This document shows positions 37,190 to 47,371 of a stretch of 64,000 nucleotides of DNA, piece after piece. The notes under the pieces are model-generated. The model did no database searches and was not told the origin of the DNA. It worked only from the letters and a program-made list of their open reading frames with translations. This DNA is from an uncultured Oleiharenicola sp. (GTDB lineage: Bacteria; Verrucomicrobiota; Verrucomicrobiia; Opitutales; Opitutaceae): assembly GCA_964481095.1 (NCBI GenBank), contig CAYZSN010000210.1:3705-67704 (forward strand), written 5' to 3'. Every line of letters starts with the position of its first letter. The stretch's first letter is position 1. The translations under genes were made by a program, and so were the position numbers.

Positions 37190-38371
37190 TCAGGGCTTTG
37201 CCGGCGCCGGCGCGGGGGTTTTCTTTTCGGCGTCCGGATCCGACGGCGTCGCCGGCTTCTCGGGGTTGCCCTTGGCCCGCGGGTGCCCGTCGAGTCCTTC
37301 CGCCAGCGCCTTGATGAAGCCGTTGCGGAAAAGCGTCCGGATCGACTCCCAGCGTCCGATCCTGGTGTCGCCGAAGTCGCCCTCGAACGGGATGCGCAGG
37401 GCCACCTGCTCGGTGTCGCGGTTCTTCACCAGCACGGCGAGGCCGGCGACCATCTTTTCCCGAAGGCGGGCGAAGAGATTTTTTCCGCCGTCCTTCGGGC
37501 TCTTGAACTCGAGGTGCTCGAAGAACGGCTTGAAGTACCCCCGGTAACGCTCGTTCCGCGCCACCATCTCCAGGTAGCCGGTGAATTCGCCGGCACTGAC
37601 GTCGACGTTGCCATAGGCGAGCAGGAGCTGGTTCAGCGCGGGCAGGGAGAGTTTTTCAATCTTCAGCTTCAGGTGGAAGCGCGGCCGCGGGGCCAGCGGC
37701 TCGAGCTCGCTCGACAACGCGAGGCGGCCATTGCCCGGCGTGCGGCCCTCGGCCAGGATGGTGGCCGCCGGGGATTTCCCGTCGAGGTCGGGCCGGTTGC
37801 GCAGCCCCCGGGCCTGGATCCGCAGGTCGCGGAGGAAAACATCGATGGGCGGGTCGCGCCCGAGGGCCACGAAATGGATCTCGCCCTCGGTCGCGGTGAA
37901 ATCGGTGATCTCGATGGGGAAAAGATCCTTGATCACATCCTGCCAGCGGCGGTCGAAGTCCAGCTGGCTGGCTTCCTTCGTCGCCCCCTGCACGAAATTC
38001 AGCTTCGGCCGGCGCGCCGTGACTTCACTGACGGCTTCGCCCTGGATCAATTTCCGCCAGGCGAGGGAGAAATCAACCTGCTCTGCCGAGAGAAACGGCC
38101 GCGTTCCGCCCGCCGCGCGCTTGTCCAGCTGCAGGCCCTTCATGGTGTAGGATCCGCGGTAGAGGCGCACCGCGACATCGTCCACGTGGCCGCGGTAGGA
38201 CGGAATTTGGTCGAGCCGTCGGTTGATCGCCTGCTTCAGGATCGACGGCAGGCACAGCCGCGCGACGACCAGCGCCCCCAGCAACACGCCCAAGGTGACG
38301 CCCCAGCCCGACCGCCAGCGGTGGTGAAGCGGGAGGGTCGCCCGGGGAGGACTTTGGGTCCGGGTCGTCAT
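37190..38371 (-). CDS. DUF748/AsmA-like protein
   Basis: N-terminal TM, YRGHVDDV.V.LYRG.Y, GYFKPF, LFRNGFIKAL. Confidence 0.75.
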   Translation of the reverse strand: MTTRTQSPPRATLPLHHRWRSGWGVTLGVLLGALVVARLCLPSILKQAINRRLDQIPSYRGHVDDVAVRLYRGSYTMKGLQLDKRAAGGTRPFLSAEQVDFSLAWRKLIQGEAVSEVTARRPKLNFVQGATKEASQLDFDRRWQDVIKDLFPIEITDFTATEGEIHFVALGRDPPIDVFLRDLRIQARGLRNRPDLDGKSPAATILAEGRTPGNGRLALSSELEPLAPRPRFHLKLKIEKLSLPALNQLLLAYGNVDVSAGEFTGYLEMVARNERYRGYFKPFFEHLEFKSPKDGGKNLFARLREKMVAGLAVLVKNRDTEQVALRIPFEGDFGDTRIGRWESIRTLFRNGFIKALAEGLDGHPRAKGNPEKPATPSDPDAEKKTPAPAPAKP

Positions 38372-38483
38372 GACGCCATTCGTTGACCCAAAAACAGCCC
38401 CGCGGGTTCGTGTCATTCCTTGGAAAGTCGCTTGCTGGCCAACGGGTCGGGAACAGATTGGTTCCCTCCCGCCCTTTGTGACC

Positions 38484-39539
38484 ATGCCCGTAATGCCCAG
38501 CACGTTTACCGAGCCCGAACTCGACGCCGAAACCGAGCGGCTTTTCCGCGCCCTGCTGCATGTGGACTGCACCCCGGGCAAGGCCTGGGATTACGACGCC
38601 TGCCGGAAATTCGCACCGCTGACCCTCGAGATCAACCGGCTGAAGAAGGAGACGGACGCGGTCATCCTCGCCCACTCATATGTCGAGCCGGAGATCGTCT
38701 ACGGCGTCGGCGATTTCAAGGGCGACTCGTACTACCTCAGCCTCATGGCCCGCGCGGCGAAGGCGAAGGTGATCGTCTTCGCCGGCGTCGTGTTCATGGC
38801 CGAGACCGCGAAGATCCTTTCGCCCGGTGCCACCGTGATCGTCCCCGACCGTGGCTCCGGCTGCTCGCTGGCCGATTCATTGACGGGCGACCAGCTGCGG
38901 AAGTTGAAGGCGGCTTATCCCGACGCGGCGGTTGTCTGCTACATCAACAGCACGGCCGACGTGAAGGCGGAGTCCGACGTCTGTGTCACCTCGGGCAACG
39001 TCCACGACATCGTGGCGGCCCTCCCGCAGCAGCGCATCCTCTTCGTGCCCGACCGGCTCATGGGCGAAAACGTGCGCACGGAATTGAAGCGGCGCGGGGT
39101 GGACAAGGAGATCATCACGTCCGACGGCACCTGCATCGTGCACGACGTCTTCGACGCGGCGGCGGTCGCCGCCGCGCGCGCCCGGTTTCCCGGGCTCAAG
39201 GTCGTGGCGCATCCGGAGTGCACGCCGGAGGTGGCCGCCGCCGCGGATTTTGTCGGCAGCACCGGCGCGATGATGAAATTCGTCAAGACGACGAGCGCGC
39301 CCTATTATTTGATGCTGACCGAGTGCGGCCTGGTGGGGCGGCTGCAGGTGGAGACGCCGGAAAAACATTTCATCGGCGGCTGCCGGCTCTGTCCCTACAT
39401 GAAGCTCAATTCCCTCGAGAAGGTGCGCGATGCCCTCGCCCACCCCCGCCCCGACCAGATCGTCACGCTCGACGAGGACATCCGCCGCCGCGCGGCGCGT
39501 TGCATCGACCGGATGTTCGAGCTGGCCCCGAAGGACTGA
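38484..39539 (+). CDS. nadA: quinolinate synthase
   Basis: ILAHSY, GVVFMAETAKILSP, GCSLAD, YINSTADVKA, AHPEC, CPYMK. Confidence 0.93.
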   Translation: MPVMPSTFTEPELDAETERLFRALLHVDCTPGKAWDYDACRKFAPLTLEINRLKKETDAVILAHSYVEPEIVYGVGDFKGDSYYLSLMARAAKAKVIVFAGVVFMAETAKILSPGATVIVPDRGSGCSLADSLTGDQLRKLKAAYPDAAVVCYINSTADVKAESDVCVTSGNVHDIVAALPQQRILFVPDRLMGENVRTELKRRGVDKEIITSDGTCIVHDVFDAAAVAAARARFPGLKVVAHPECTPEVAAAADFVGSTGAMMKFVKTTSAPYYLMLTECGLVGRLQVETPEKHFIGGCRLCPYMKLNSLEKVRDALAHPRPDQIVTLDEDIRRRAARCIDRMFELAPKD

Positions 39540-39551
39540 TCCCCCGAGCCC

Positions 39552-39574
39552 TTTGTAACGTATTATATTACAAA
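39552..39574. repeat. 23-bp AT-rich palindrome (copy 3)
   Basis: Identical to 5712-5734; lies between nadA and nadC. Confidence 0.85.
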
Positions 39575-39580
39575 TACCCC

Positions 39581-40426
39581 ATGCTCACGCCCCGCACCGA
39601 ACACCTGATCGACCTCGCCCTCGAGGAGGATACCGGCCTGGGCGACATCACGAGCCGCGCCATTTTCCCCGCGAAGCACACGAGCCGCGCCGTGATCGAC
39701 GCGAAGCAGCCGCTCGTACTCTGCGGGCTCGAGGTCGCCGCCCGGGTTTTTGCGAAGCAGGATCCCAAATTGAAGGTGCGTCTGCTGGCGAAGGACGGCG
39801 ACCGGGTGAAGCCCGGCGCGGTGGTGCTCAGCGTCGAGGGCCCGACCGCGTCGATCCTCACCGCGGAGCGCACGGCCCTCAATTTCCTGCAGCGCCTGTC
39901 CGGCATCGCCACCCAGGCCCGCCGCCATGCCGACGCGGTCGCGGGCACGGGGGTGCGCGTGGTGGACACGCGCAAGACCACGCCCGGCTGGCGCGCGCTC
40001 GAAAAATACGCCGTGCGCACCGGAGGCTGCTTCAACCACCGCAGCTCGCTCGGCGAGCAGGTGTTGATCAAGGACAACCATATCGCGGCCGCGGGTTCGC
40101 TCACGAAAGCGGTGCAACTTTGCCGCCGGGCGGCATCGCGTGGCGCCAAGATCGAGGTGGAGGCCAAGACCCTCGCCGAGGTGAAGGAAGCCTGCCGGGC
40201 GCGGGCCGACATCATCCTGCTCGACAACATGGCCCCCGCCCGGGTGCGGACAGCCGTGAAGGCCATCGCCGGCCGCGCCGCGGTGGAGGTGTCGGGCGGG
40301 GTGCGCTACGAAACCCTGCGCGACTACGCGCTGCCCGGCGTGGACATCATCAGCATCGGCGCGCTCACCCACTCGGTGGCCGCCGTTGACCTCAGTCTTG
40401 ACCTGGAGCCCGCCCGCCGCGGATGA
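39581..40426 (+). CDS. nadC: nicotinate-nucleotide pyrophosphorylase
   Basis: ALEED..GDITS, ERTALNFLQRLSGIAT, DTRKTTPG, IKDNH, LLDNM, ISIGALTHS. Confidence 0.95.
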   Translation: MLTPRTEHLIDLALEEDTGLGDITSRAIFPAKHTSRAVIDAKQPLVLCGLEVAARVFAKQDPKLKVRLLAKDGDRVKPGAVVLSVEGPTASILTAERTALNFLQRLSGIATQARRHADAVAGTGVRVVDTRKTTPGWRALEKYAVRTGGCFNHRSSLGEQVLIKDNHIAAAGSLTKAVQLCRRAASRGAKIEVEAKTLAEVKEACRARADIILLDNMAPARVRTAVKAIAGRAAVEVSGGVRYETLRDYALPGVDIISIGALTHSVAAVDLSLDLEPARRG

Positions 40427-41982
40427 AGATCATCCCCACCGACTGCCTCGTGCTCGGGGCCGGCCTGGCCGGTTCGGCCTATGCGCTGGAGGCGGCGAAG
40501 GCCGGCCTCAAGGTGGAACTCCTGTCCATGGGCCCGCCCCTGCAGGCGAACAGCGACTGGGCCCAGGGTGGCATCATCTACGACACGAGCCCGGACCCGG
40601 CGCAGCTGGCGCGCGACATCCTGGAGGCGAGCGACGGCACGGCGAACCCGGCCGCGATCGAGCAGCTCGTACGCGAGGGCCCGGCGGCCGTGAAGGACCT
40701 GCTGCTCGACGAGCTGCACGTCGGGTTCGACCGCGAGGCGTCCGGCGAACTCCATCGCACGCGCGAGGGCGGACACACCGAGCGGCGCATCATCCACACC
40801 AAGGACGCGACCGGCCACGCCATCCTTTCCGCCGTCGTGCAGCGGGTCGACCGCACGCCCGGCATCACCCGCCGCACCGGCCTGGTCGCGGTCGACCTGC
40901 TCACCCTGTCGCACAATTCCACCGACAACCACGACCGCTACGAGCCGCTGACCTGCTTCGGCTGCTATGCGCTCGAGACGGCCACGGATGAGGTCGTGGC
41001 CTTCGTGGCGCGCAAGACCGTGCTCGCGACCGGCGGGCTGGGCGGGATTTTCCAGCACACCACCAACCAGCCCGGCAGCGTCGGCCACGGCGTGGCGATG
41101 GCGTACCGCGTCGGCGCGCGGCTGATGGACCTCGAGTACGTCCAGTTCCACCCGACGGTCTTTTTCAAAAAGGGCGCGCAGCCCTTCCTCGTCACCGAGG
41201 CGCTGCGCGGCGAGGGTGCGGTGCTGGTGGACGCACGCGGCCACCGCTTCATGGACGGCGTGCATCCGCTGGGTTCGCTCGCGCCGCGCGACATCGTTTC
41301 CCGCGCCATCTCACACCATCTGGCCGAGACGGGGGAGGCCTGCGTGTACCTCGACCTGTCCGCGCTGGCGCCGGAATTCATCCGCGACCGCTTCCCCGGC
41401 ATCCACGACCGGTGCCTGGCGAACGGCGTGGACATCACCCGCGAGCCGATCCCCGTTGTGCCGGCGGCGCATTTCTCCTGCGGCGGCGTGCACACCGATT
41501 TGGCGGGGCGCACGAACATCCGCCACCTCAACGCCGTCGGCGAAACCGCCTGCACCGGCCTCCATGGTGCCAACCGGCTGGCAAGCACCTCCCTGCTGGA
41601 GTGCCTGGTGGCGGGCCAGGCCGCCGCGCTGGCCGACGCGGCCGAATTGCGCGCCGGCGCTTTCCAGCCGCCCGCGCCGCGGGCCTGGCGCAGCCCCGCG
41701 AAAGCCGCCGACCCGCTGCTGATCCGGCAGGATCTCCAGCTGATTCGCCAGACGATGTGGAATTACGCCGGCATCGTCCGCTCGGCGCGCCGGCTGGCCC
41801 GGGCCCGCCGCATCCTGCTGGAGCTGCGCGAGGACATCCAGACGTTCTATCGCGACTGCCGGCCGACCCGCGAATTGATCGAACTCCGCAACGCCATCCA
41901 GACCGCCCTGCTGGTGGTGCACGCCGCGACGCTGAATCCCGTGAGCAAAGGTTGCCATTTTGTGGCCCCGGAGAATGAATAA
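40423..41982 (+). CDS. nadB: L-aspartate oxidase
   Basis: GAGLAG, WAQGG, REGGH..RRIIH, QFHPT, EALRGEG, LHGANRLASTSLLE. Confidence 0.93.
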   Translation: MKIIPTDCLVLGAGLAGSAYALEAAKAGLKVELLSMGPPLQANSDWAQGGIIYDTSPDPAQLARDILEASDGTANPAAIEQLVREGPAAVKDLLLDELHVGFDREASGELHRTREGGHTERRIIHTKDATGHAILSAVVQRVDRTPGITRRTGLVAVDLLTLSHNSTDNHDRYEPLTCFGCYALETATDEVVAFVARKTVLATGGLGGIFQHTTNQPGSVGHGVAMAYRVGARLMDLEYVQFHPTVFFKKGAQPFLVTEALRGEGAVLVDARGHRFMDGVHPLGSLAPRDIVSRAISHHLAETGEACVYLDLSALAPEFIRDRFPGIHDRCLANGVDITREPIPVVPAAHFSCGGVHTDLAGRTNIRHLNAVGETACTGLHGANRLASTSLLECLVAGQAAALADAAELRAGAFQPPAPRAWRSPAKAADPLLIRQDLQLIRQTMWNYAGIVRSARRLARARRILLELREDIQTFYRDCRPTRELIELRNAIQTALLVVHAATLNPVSKGCHFVAPENE

Positions 41983-42009
41983 ACGCGCTTTCCCGCGCGT
42001 CTCACCCCC

Positions 42010-42777
42010 ATGAAAACACCCCTTTTGCTCCTGCTGGGCCTGGCCTCGCTCGCCTCCCTGCCAGCGGACGACCGCCATGAGCGCCGCCGCGAGGAGCCGC
42101 GCATCATCCTTTTCGAACACGCCGATTTCCGCGGCGATTCCGTGGTGCTCTATCCCGGCGACACGATCGACAATTTCTCCGGCAAGACCTTCGAGAACGG
42201 CGCCAAACTGAACGACGCCGTCTCCTCCATCGCGGTCGAGGGCGGGGCCGAACTCTACGTCTATGAAAACTCGCGCTATCGCGGTCAGGCCATGCGCGTG
42301 ACCGAGAGCGTCCGCGACCTCAGCGGCCGGCTGATCTCCGGCGCCGTGGGCGTGAGCTGGAACGACCGCATCTCCTCGGTGAAGGTCGGGCGCATCACGG
42401 GCTACGAGCGGCCGAACCGCCCGGGGCGGCCCGGCGACGGCCCGCGCGGCGATCCCGAGAAGATCATCAACGCGGCCTTCAAGGACATCCTCGACCGCAA
42501 TCCCGACCCGGGCGAGCTGCGCGATTTCCGCGGCCGCTTCCTCGACCAGGGCTGGAACGAACGCATGCTGCGCGACCACCTCCACACGGAGGAACGCTAC
42601 CGCCTCGAGGCGGCGGACCGGATCATCCAGCGCGCCTACCTGGACGTGCTCGGTCGCGAGCCGGACGCGAGCGGGCTCAAGACCTACCGCAAGAACCTGC
42701 TGGAGCGCAACTGGACCGAGGGCGACGTGCGCGACAATCTCCGCAAAAGCGCGGAGTATCGCGCCAAGCATCACTAG
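42010..42777 (+). CDS. secreted beta/gamma-crystallin-domain protein with C-terminal helical (DUF4214-like) repeats
   Basis: LFEHADFRG, NDAVSSI, YENSRYRG, WNDRISSV; AY.DVLGREPD.SG repeats. Confidence 0.75.
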   Translation: MKTPLLLLLGLASLASLPADDRHERRREEPRIILFEHADFRGDSVVLYPGDTIDNFSGKTFENGAKLNDAVSSIAVEGGAELYVYENSRYRGQAMRVTESVRDLSGRLISGAVGVSWNDRISSVKVGRITGYERPNRPGRPGDGPRGDPEKIINAAFKDILDRNPDPGELRDFRGRFLDQGWNERMLRDHLHTEERYRLEAADRIIQRAYLDVLGREPDASGLKTYRKNLLERNWTEGDVRDNLRKSAEYRAKHH

Positions 42778-43754
42778 GCCAGCGGCAGCGTCTTCGTCTC
42801 GCCGATGGCGGGCACGGTGAAGGTGCTCGCGGGCACGTCCCGCTCCGCCAGCGCCGCAGCCAGGTCGCGCGCGGGCGCATCGACGCCCTCGTCGGTCAGG
42901 CAGAACGTGCCGAAGTGCATGGCCACGCTCCGCCGGGAGCCGAGCGCGAAATGCGCGGTCACCGCCTCCGCCGGGTTCATGTGCACCGACTCCATGAACC
43001 AGCGCGGCTCGTAGGCGCCGATCGGCAGCAGCGAGACCGCGGGCGCGCCCAGCCGCGCCCGGATGGCCGCGAAGTGCGGCCCCCAGGCGCTGTCGCCCGC
43101 GAAATACAGCGAGCCGTGCGGTGTGCGGAGCCAATACCCGCCCCACAGCGTGCGGCCGCGGTCCCACGGCGTGCGCGAGCTCCAGTGCTGCGCGGGCGTG
43201 CAGACGACCTGGAGCCCCGGCCGCGCCCAATGGTCCTGCCACCAATCCAGCTCGACCACGTTCGCGACGCCGCGCGCCCCGAGCCACGCCTGCAGGCCCA
43301 GCGGCGCGATGATCCGCGGCTGGCGGTGCTGGGACAGCCACCGCAGCGCGGAAAGATCGAGGTGGTCGTAGTGGTTGTGGCTGAGCACCACGACATCGAT
43401 GCGCGGCAGCTCGCCGAGCCGCAGCGCCGGCGGGCACACCCGTTTCGGCCCGAGCAGGTTGAACGGGCCGGCGCGCGACGCGAAGACCGGGTCGGTGAGC
43501 ACCGTGCATCCGGCGAACTGCAGGAGGAACGAGGCGTGGCCGATGAAGGTGACGGCCACCTCACGCGCGCCGACGGCGGCCGGCAAGCGCACGGGCGGAG
43601 CGGGCGGGATGGACGCGGGCCAGGCGGTCGCCGAGCCGTTGGCGCGCTCGCGCCGCCATTTCCACAGGTCGGAGAATCCGCGCGGGCCGGGGCCGTGCGG
43701 GTTGAAGAAGCGCGCACCGTCACAGTGGTCGCTGACCGGGAACGGCGGGGCCAT
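42774..43754 (-). CDS. MBL-fold metallo-hydrolase (RomA/NAPE-PLD-like)
   Basis: IGHASFL, TDPVF, SHNHYDHLD, YFAGDS, LPIGAYEPRWFM. Confidence 0.88.
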   Translation of the reverse strand: MAPPFPVSDHCDGARFFNPHGPGPRGFSDLWKWRRERANGSATAWPASIPPAPPVRLPAAVGAREVAVTFIGHASFLLQFAGCTVLTDPVFASRAGPFNLLGPKRVCPPALRLGELPRIDVVVLSHNHYDHLDLSALRWLSQHRQPRIIAPLGLQAWLGARGVANVVELDWWQDHWARPGLQVVCTPAQHWSSRTPWDRGRTLWGGYWLRTPHGSLYFAGDSAWGPHFAAIRARLGAPAVSLLPIGAYEPRWFMESVHMNPAEAVTAHFALGSRRSVAMHFGTFCLTDEGVDAPARDLAAALAERDVPASTFTVPAIGETKTLPLA

Positions 43755-43760
43755 GGCGGG

Positions 43761-44357
43761 TCAGGCGAGCTTGCGCTGCGCCTGCGACCAGAATTCGAGC
43801 AGCGCGCGGAAGTCCTGCTCCTTCGAGCCGCTGTGGATCACGTAGTCGTAGCTGTTGCGCTCGGCGAGCTCGGCCTCCGCGCTGAGCATGCGGCGTTGCA
43901 GCTCCTCGGCGCTGACCGCCCCGCGGCCCTGGAGGCGCTCGCGCAGCACGTCCATCGAGTCGGGCGCCACGAAGATCGTGACCAGGCGGCCCTGCAGCAG
44001 CGGCGTCGCGGCGGCGGCCGCGCGGATGCTGCGCACGCCCTGCACGTCGATGTTCATCACGAGGCTGGTGTGCGGCAGGCGGTCGAGGACGGCCGACTTC
44101 AGCGTGCCATAGCGGTAGCGCCGGTGCACGCAGGCCCATTCCAGGAAATCGCCGGCGGCCAGCCGGCGGTCGAACTCCGCCTCGCTGAGGAAATGGTAGT
44201 CGCGCGCATCGACCTCGTTCGGGCGCGGCGGGCGCGTGGTGGCGGTGATGACGCGCTCGAAACCCGGCACCTCGCGCACGAGGCGGTCGCACAGCGTGCT
44301 TTTGCCGACGCCGGCCGGTCCGGCAAGGATGAGCAGGGCGGTCGGCGCGGCAGGCAT
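43761..44357 (-). CDS. gmk: guanylate kinase
   Basis: AGPAGVGKST, TTRPPRPNE, DYHF, YGT, IDVQG. Confidence 0.92.
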   Translation of the reverse strand: MPAAPTALLILAGPAGVGKSTLCDRLVREVPGFERVITATTRPPRPNEVDARDYHFLSEAEFDRRLAAGDFLEWACVHRRYRYGTLKSAVLDRLPHTSLVMNIDVQGVRSIRAAAAATPLLQGRLVTIFVAPDSMDVLRERLQGRGAVSAEELQRRMLSAEAELAERNSYDYVIHSGSKEQDFRALLEFWSQAQRKLA

Positions 44358-44911
44358 CACTTCGGATAGGTGAAGGCCGCGGCGCTGGTGACGAGCCCGT
44401 AACCCAGCAGCACGGCGCCGAGCAGGCGCGGGCGGTTCGCCGTGCGGAACAGCCAGTCGAAGAAGTCGCGCAGGCGGAACGGATACGCGGCGAGGTAAAG
44501 CGCGGCGGTGATGCCGACATACACCGCGGTGACCATCAGCAGGCGCTGCGGGTGGGTCCATTCCATGTAGGCGGCGCCGAGCAGCGGCTCGGCGGCGACC
44601 AGCATGAGGATGGCGAGGGCGCGCACCGCGAGGAAGTCGGGCGTGTAGACCAGCGAGAGGCCGGCCAGCACCGCGAAGCCGAGCATCACGAACGTCGGCT
44701 TCTGGAAAAAGATCAGGTCGGCCTCGCTCAGCTTCGAGACGCGGAAGATGAACCACGCGGCCCCGGCCACGAACAGCACCCACGCGGCCTCCTGCGAGCG
44801 CGGCAGCGCCTTCGCCCGGACGGCGACCGGCGCGCCGTTCCAGCACAGCACCGCGCCGAGCAGCACGAGGAACAATCCGGGCAGGAGCGTGGCGAGGGCA
44901 AGGGGAGTCAT
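44357..44911 (-). CDS. hypothetical integral membrane protein
   Basis: Multiple TM segments, PDFLAVR, PFRLRDFF; coupled to gmk. Confidence 0.7.
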   Translation of the reverse strand: MTPLALATLLPGLFLVLLGAVLCWNGAPVAVRAKALPRSQEAAWVLFVAGAAWFIFRVSKLSEADLIFFQKPTFVMLGFAVLAGLSLVYTPDFLAVRALAILMLVAAEPLLGAAYMEWTHPQRLLMVTAVYVGITAALYLAAYPFRLRDFFDWLFRTANRPRLLGAVLLGYGLVTSAAAFTYPK

Positions 44912-44916
44912 CGGCA

Positions 44917-45013
44917 GTTGAAAGCTGAAGGTTGAAAGTTGAATGACGCAACAAGAAGGAAGCACACGGTATTGTTCTCCGGGTCTTTCAACCTTCACCT
45001 TTCACCTTTCAAC
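44917..45013. repeat. inverted heptamer-repeat element (GTTGAAA / CTTTCAA); its arm supplies the miaB stop codon
   Basis: GTTGAAA GCTGAAG GTTGAAA GTTGAAT ... CTTTCAA CCTTCAC CTTTCAC CTTTCAA. Confidence 0.85.
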
Positions 45014-46363
45014 CCCGGCGACAGCCAGCGACCCGTACAGCACGGCCGTCGAGGCGCGCTCGATCTTCACCGGCACAAGCTCGCCGATCAGCCGCTCGCT
45101 GCCGGCGAAGTGCACGATGCGGTTGCCGCGCGTGCGGCCCATGTAGCCGACGCCCTTCTTGTCCGGCCCCTCCACCAGCACTTCCTGGGTGGTGCCGAGC
45201 AGGGTGGCGTTGCGGCGGTTGGAGTTGGCGCGGAGGATGGCCAGCAGCTCCTCGTTGCGCGCCTCCATCACGGCCTCAGGCACCTGGTCCCCCAGCGCCG
45301 CCGCCGGCGTGCCGCTGCGGATCGAATAGCGGAAGACGTAGGCCATGTCGTAATTGCAGGCTGCGAACAGCTCGCGGGTCTGCGCGAAGTCCTCGTCGGT
45401 CTCGCCGGGGAAGCCCACGATCACGTCGGTTGAAAAATACATGTCGGGCCGCACGCGGCGCAGGTCGTCCACGATCTGCCGGTAGCGGTCGCGCGAATAC
45501 GGGCGGTTCATCGCCCTGAGGATGCGGTCGGAGCCGGACTGCAGCGGCAGGTGCACGTACTCGCAGAGCTTCCCGAGGCGGCCGTAGGCCTGGATCAGGT
45601 CGTCCTTGAAGCCGCGCGGGTGCGGCGAGGTGAAACGGATGCGCTGCAGGCCGGGGATGGCATTGACGCGCTCGAGCAGCTGCACGAACGGCGTGGTGCC
45701 GCCGGTATGCGGGTAGTCGCGCCGGCCGTAGCTGGTGACGATCTGGCCGAGCAGCGTGATCTCCTTCACGCCGCGGTCGGCGAGCTGCTCGCACTCGCGC
45801 ACGTTCTCGTCCATCGGCCGCGAGCGCTCGTCGCCGCGCGTCTTGGGCACGATGCAGAAGGCGCAGTCCATGTTGCAGCCCTGCTGGATGGAAACGAAGG
45901 CGGTGACCTGCCGGTCCTCGAGCACGTGGTCGCGGATGGTGTTCTGGGAGCCGGCCTCCTCCGCGATGTCGACGATCGTGCGGCCAATGGGGGCGCCGGC
46001 CTCCTGCGCGGCGCGCAGGTTGTCGAGGTAGTCCGGCACCTGGTGGAACTTCTGGGTGCCGACGATCAGGTCGACGTCGGGCAGGGCGTCGAGCAACGCC
46101 GCGCCGCGGTTCTGCGCCATGCAGCCGAGGATGCCGAGGACGAAGCGCGGGTTGCGCTTCTTGCGCTGCGCCACGGCGGAGGCCTTGCCGATCGCCTTCT
46201 GCTCGGCGAGGTCGCGCACGCTGCAGGTGTTGAGCAGCATGACGTCGCAGGCGTCCTCGTCCTGGACGATGCGGTAGCCCCGGGCGCGGAGCAGCGCGGC
46301 CACGGCCTCGCTGTCGCGCTCGTTCATCTGGCAACCATAGGTCTTGAGGTAGACGCGATTCAC
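45002..46363 (-). CDS. miaB: tRNA-2-methylthio-N6-dimethylallyladenosine synthase
   Basis: TYGCQMN, NTCSVR, GCMAQ, CNMDCAFC radical-SAM motif, TRAM tail. Confidence 0.95.
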   Translation of the reverse strand: MNRVYLKTYGCQMNERDSEAVAALLRARGYRIVQDEDACDVMLLNTCSVRDLAEQKAIGKASAVAQRKKRNPRFVLGILGCMAQNRGAALLDALPDVDLIVGTQKFHQVPDYLDNLRAAQEAGAPIGRTIVDIAEEAGSQNTIRDHVLEDRQVTAFVSIQQGCNMDCAFCIVPKTRGDERSRPMDENVRECEQLADRGVKEITLLGQIVTSYGRRDYPHTGGTTPFVQLLERVNAIPGLQRIRFTSPHPRGFKDDLIQAYGRLGKLCEYVHLPLQSGSDRILRAMNRPYSRDRYRQIVDDLRRVRPDMYFSTDVIVGFPGETDEDFAQTRELFAACNYDMAYVFRYSIRSGTPAAALGDQVPEAVMEARNEELLAILRANSNRRNATLLGTTQEVLVEGPDKKGVGYMGRTRGNRIVHFAGSERLIGELVPVKIERASTAVLYGSLAVAGVER

Positions 46364-46471
46364 GAAGCGGAAGGTTTAACTACCCGCCCACCCCGCCCGG
46401 TCAACGCGGGAAACTGCGGCCCGGCCCGCCGCCCGGCTTGCCGCGTCCGCCCGGCCCGCAAGACTCCGCCC

Positions 46472-47371
46472 ATGCGACCGATGACCGGCTGGTGGCGGCA
46501 AACGGGGCAGGAAGCCGCCTTCCTGCTGAAAAGCGCGCGCCCCGGTTTCTGGACGACGACGATCTGGTTTTATGTCCTGGCGCTCGGCGGCCGGCCGGTG
46601 TTCCGCACGCCGGAATTCTGGGTCGGGCTCGCGCTCGTGACCTTCCCGCTCGGGCTCCTGATCTACGGCTGGAACGACCTGGTGGACACCGAGACCGACC
46701 GGCTCAATCCGCGCAAGGACACCTTCCTGTTCGGCGCGCGGCCCTCGCCGGCGCAACGCCGCCGCCTGCCGTGGTGGATCATCGCGATCCATGTGCCGTG
46801 CGCCGTGGGGCTGGCGTTTCTCATCGGGCCCGCCCGCGCGGCGCTCTGGTATGCGATGATCGTGACCGCCGTCGCGCTCTACAACCAGCCGCCCTTCAGT
46901 TTCAAAAGCCGGCCGCCGCTCGAGGTGTTGAACCAGGCCGGCTACCTCGTCGTCTTCGTGCTGGCCGGCTGGCTGGTCGGCCTGCCGCGGCTGCCGTGGC
47001 CGACCTTCGTTTTTGGCGCGCTGTTTGCGATGCACTCGCATCTTTTCGGCGAAGTCATGGATTGCGAACCCGACCGCGCGAGCGGCCGGCGCACCACCGC
47101 CGTGGTGCTGGGCGTCGTTCCCGCCAAGCTGCTGGTCGCGGGGCTGCTGGCCTTCGAGGCCGCGTGGACCTGGGGGTTCTTCCATGACGGCGTCATCGCG
47201 CTGTTCCTGGCGGCGAGCGCCGCCTGGTTCCTGGCCGACGCGTTGTGGTGGTGGCGCGGGCGGCCTTACGCGGGCTGGCAGATGCGCGCGTTCTTTCTCG
47301 GTTGGAATGCGGTGGCCGTGTTGAGCTTGCCGTGGATCTGGACGCACGCGAGCCTGAGCCGCCTTGCATGA
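46472..47371 (+). CDS. UbiA-family prenyltransferase
   Basis: YGWNDLVD.ETD.LNPRK; EVMD.EPDR.SGRRTTA; multiple TMs. Confidence 0.8.
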   Translation: MRPMTGWWRQTGQEAAFLLKSARPGFWTTTIWFYVLALGGRPVFRTPEFWVGLALVTFPLGLLIYGWNDLVDTETDRLNPRKDTFLFGARPSPAQRRRLPWWIIAIHVPCAVGLAFLIGPARAALWYAMIVTAVALYNQPPFSFKSRPPLEVLNQAGYLVVFVLAGWLVGLPRLPWPTFVFGALFAMHSHLFGEVMDCEPDRASGRRTTAVVLGVVPAKLLVAGLLAFEAAWTWGFFHDGVIALFLAASAAWFLADALWWWRGRPYAGWQMRAFFLGWNAVAVLSLPWIWTHASLSRLA

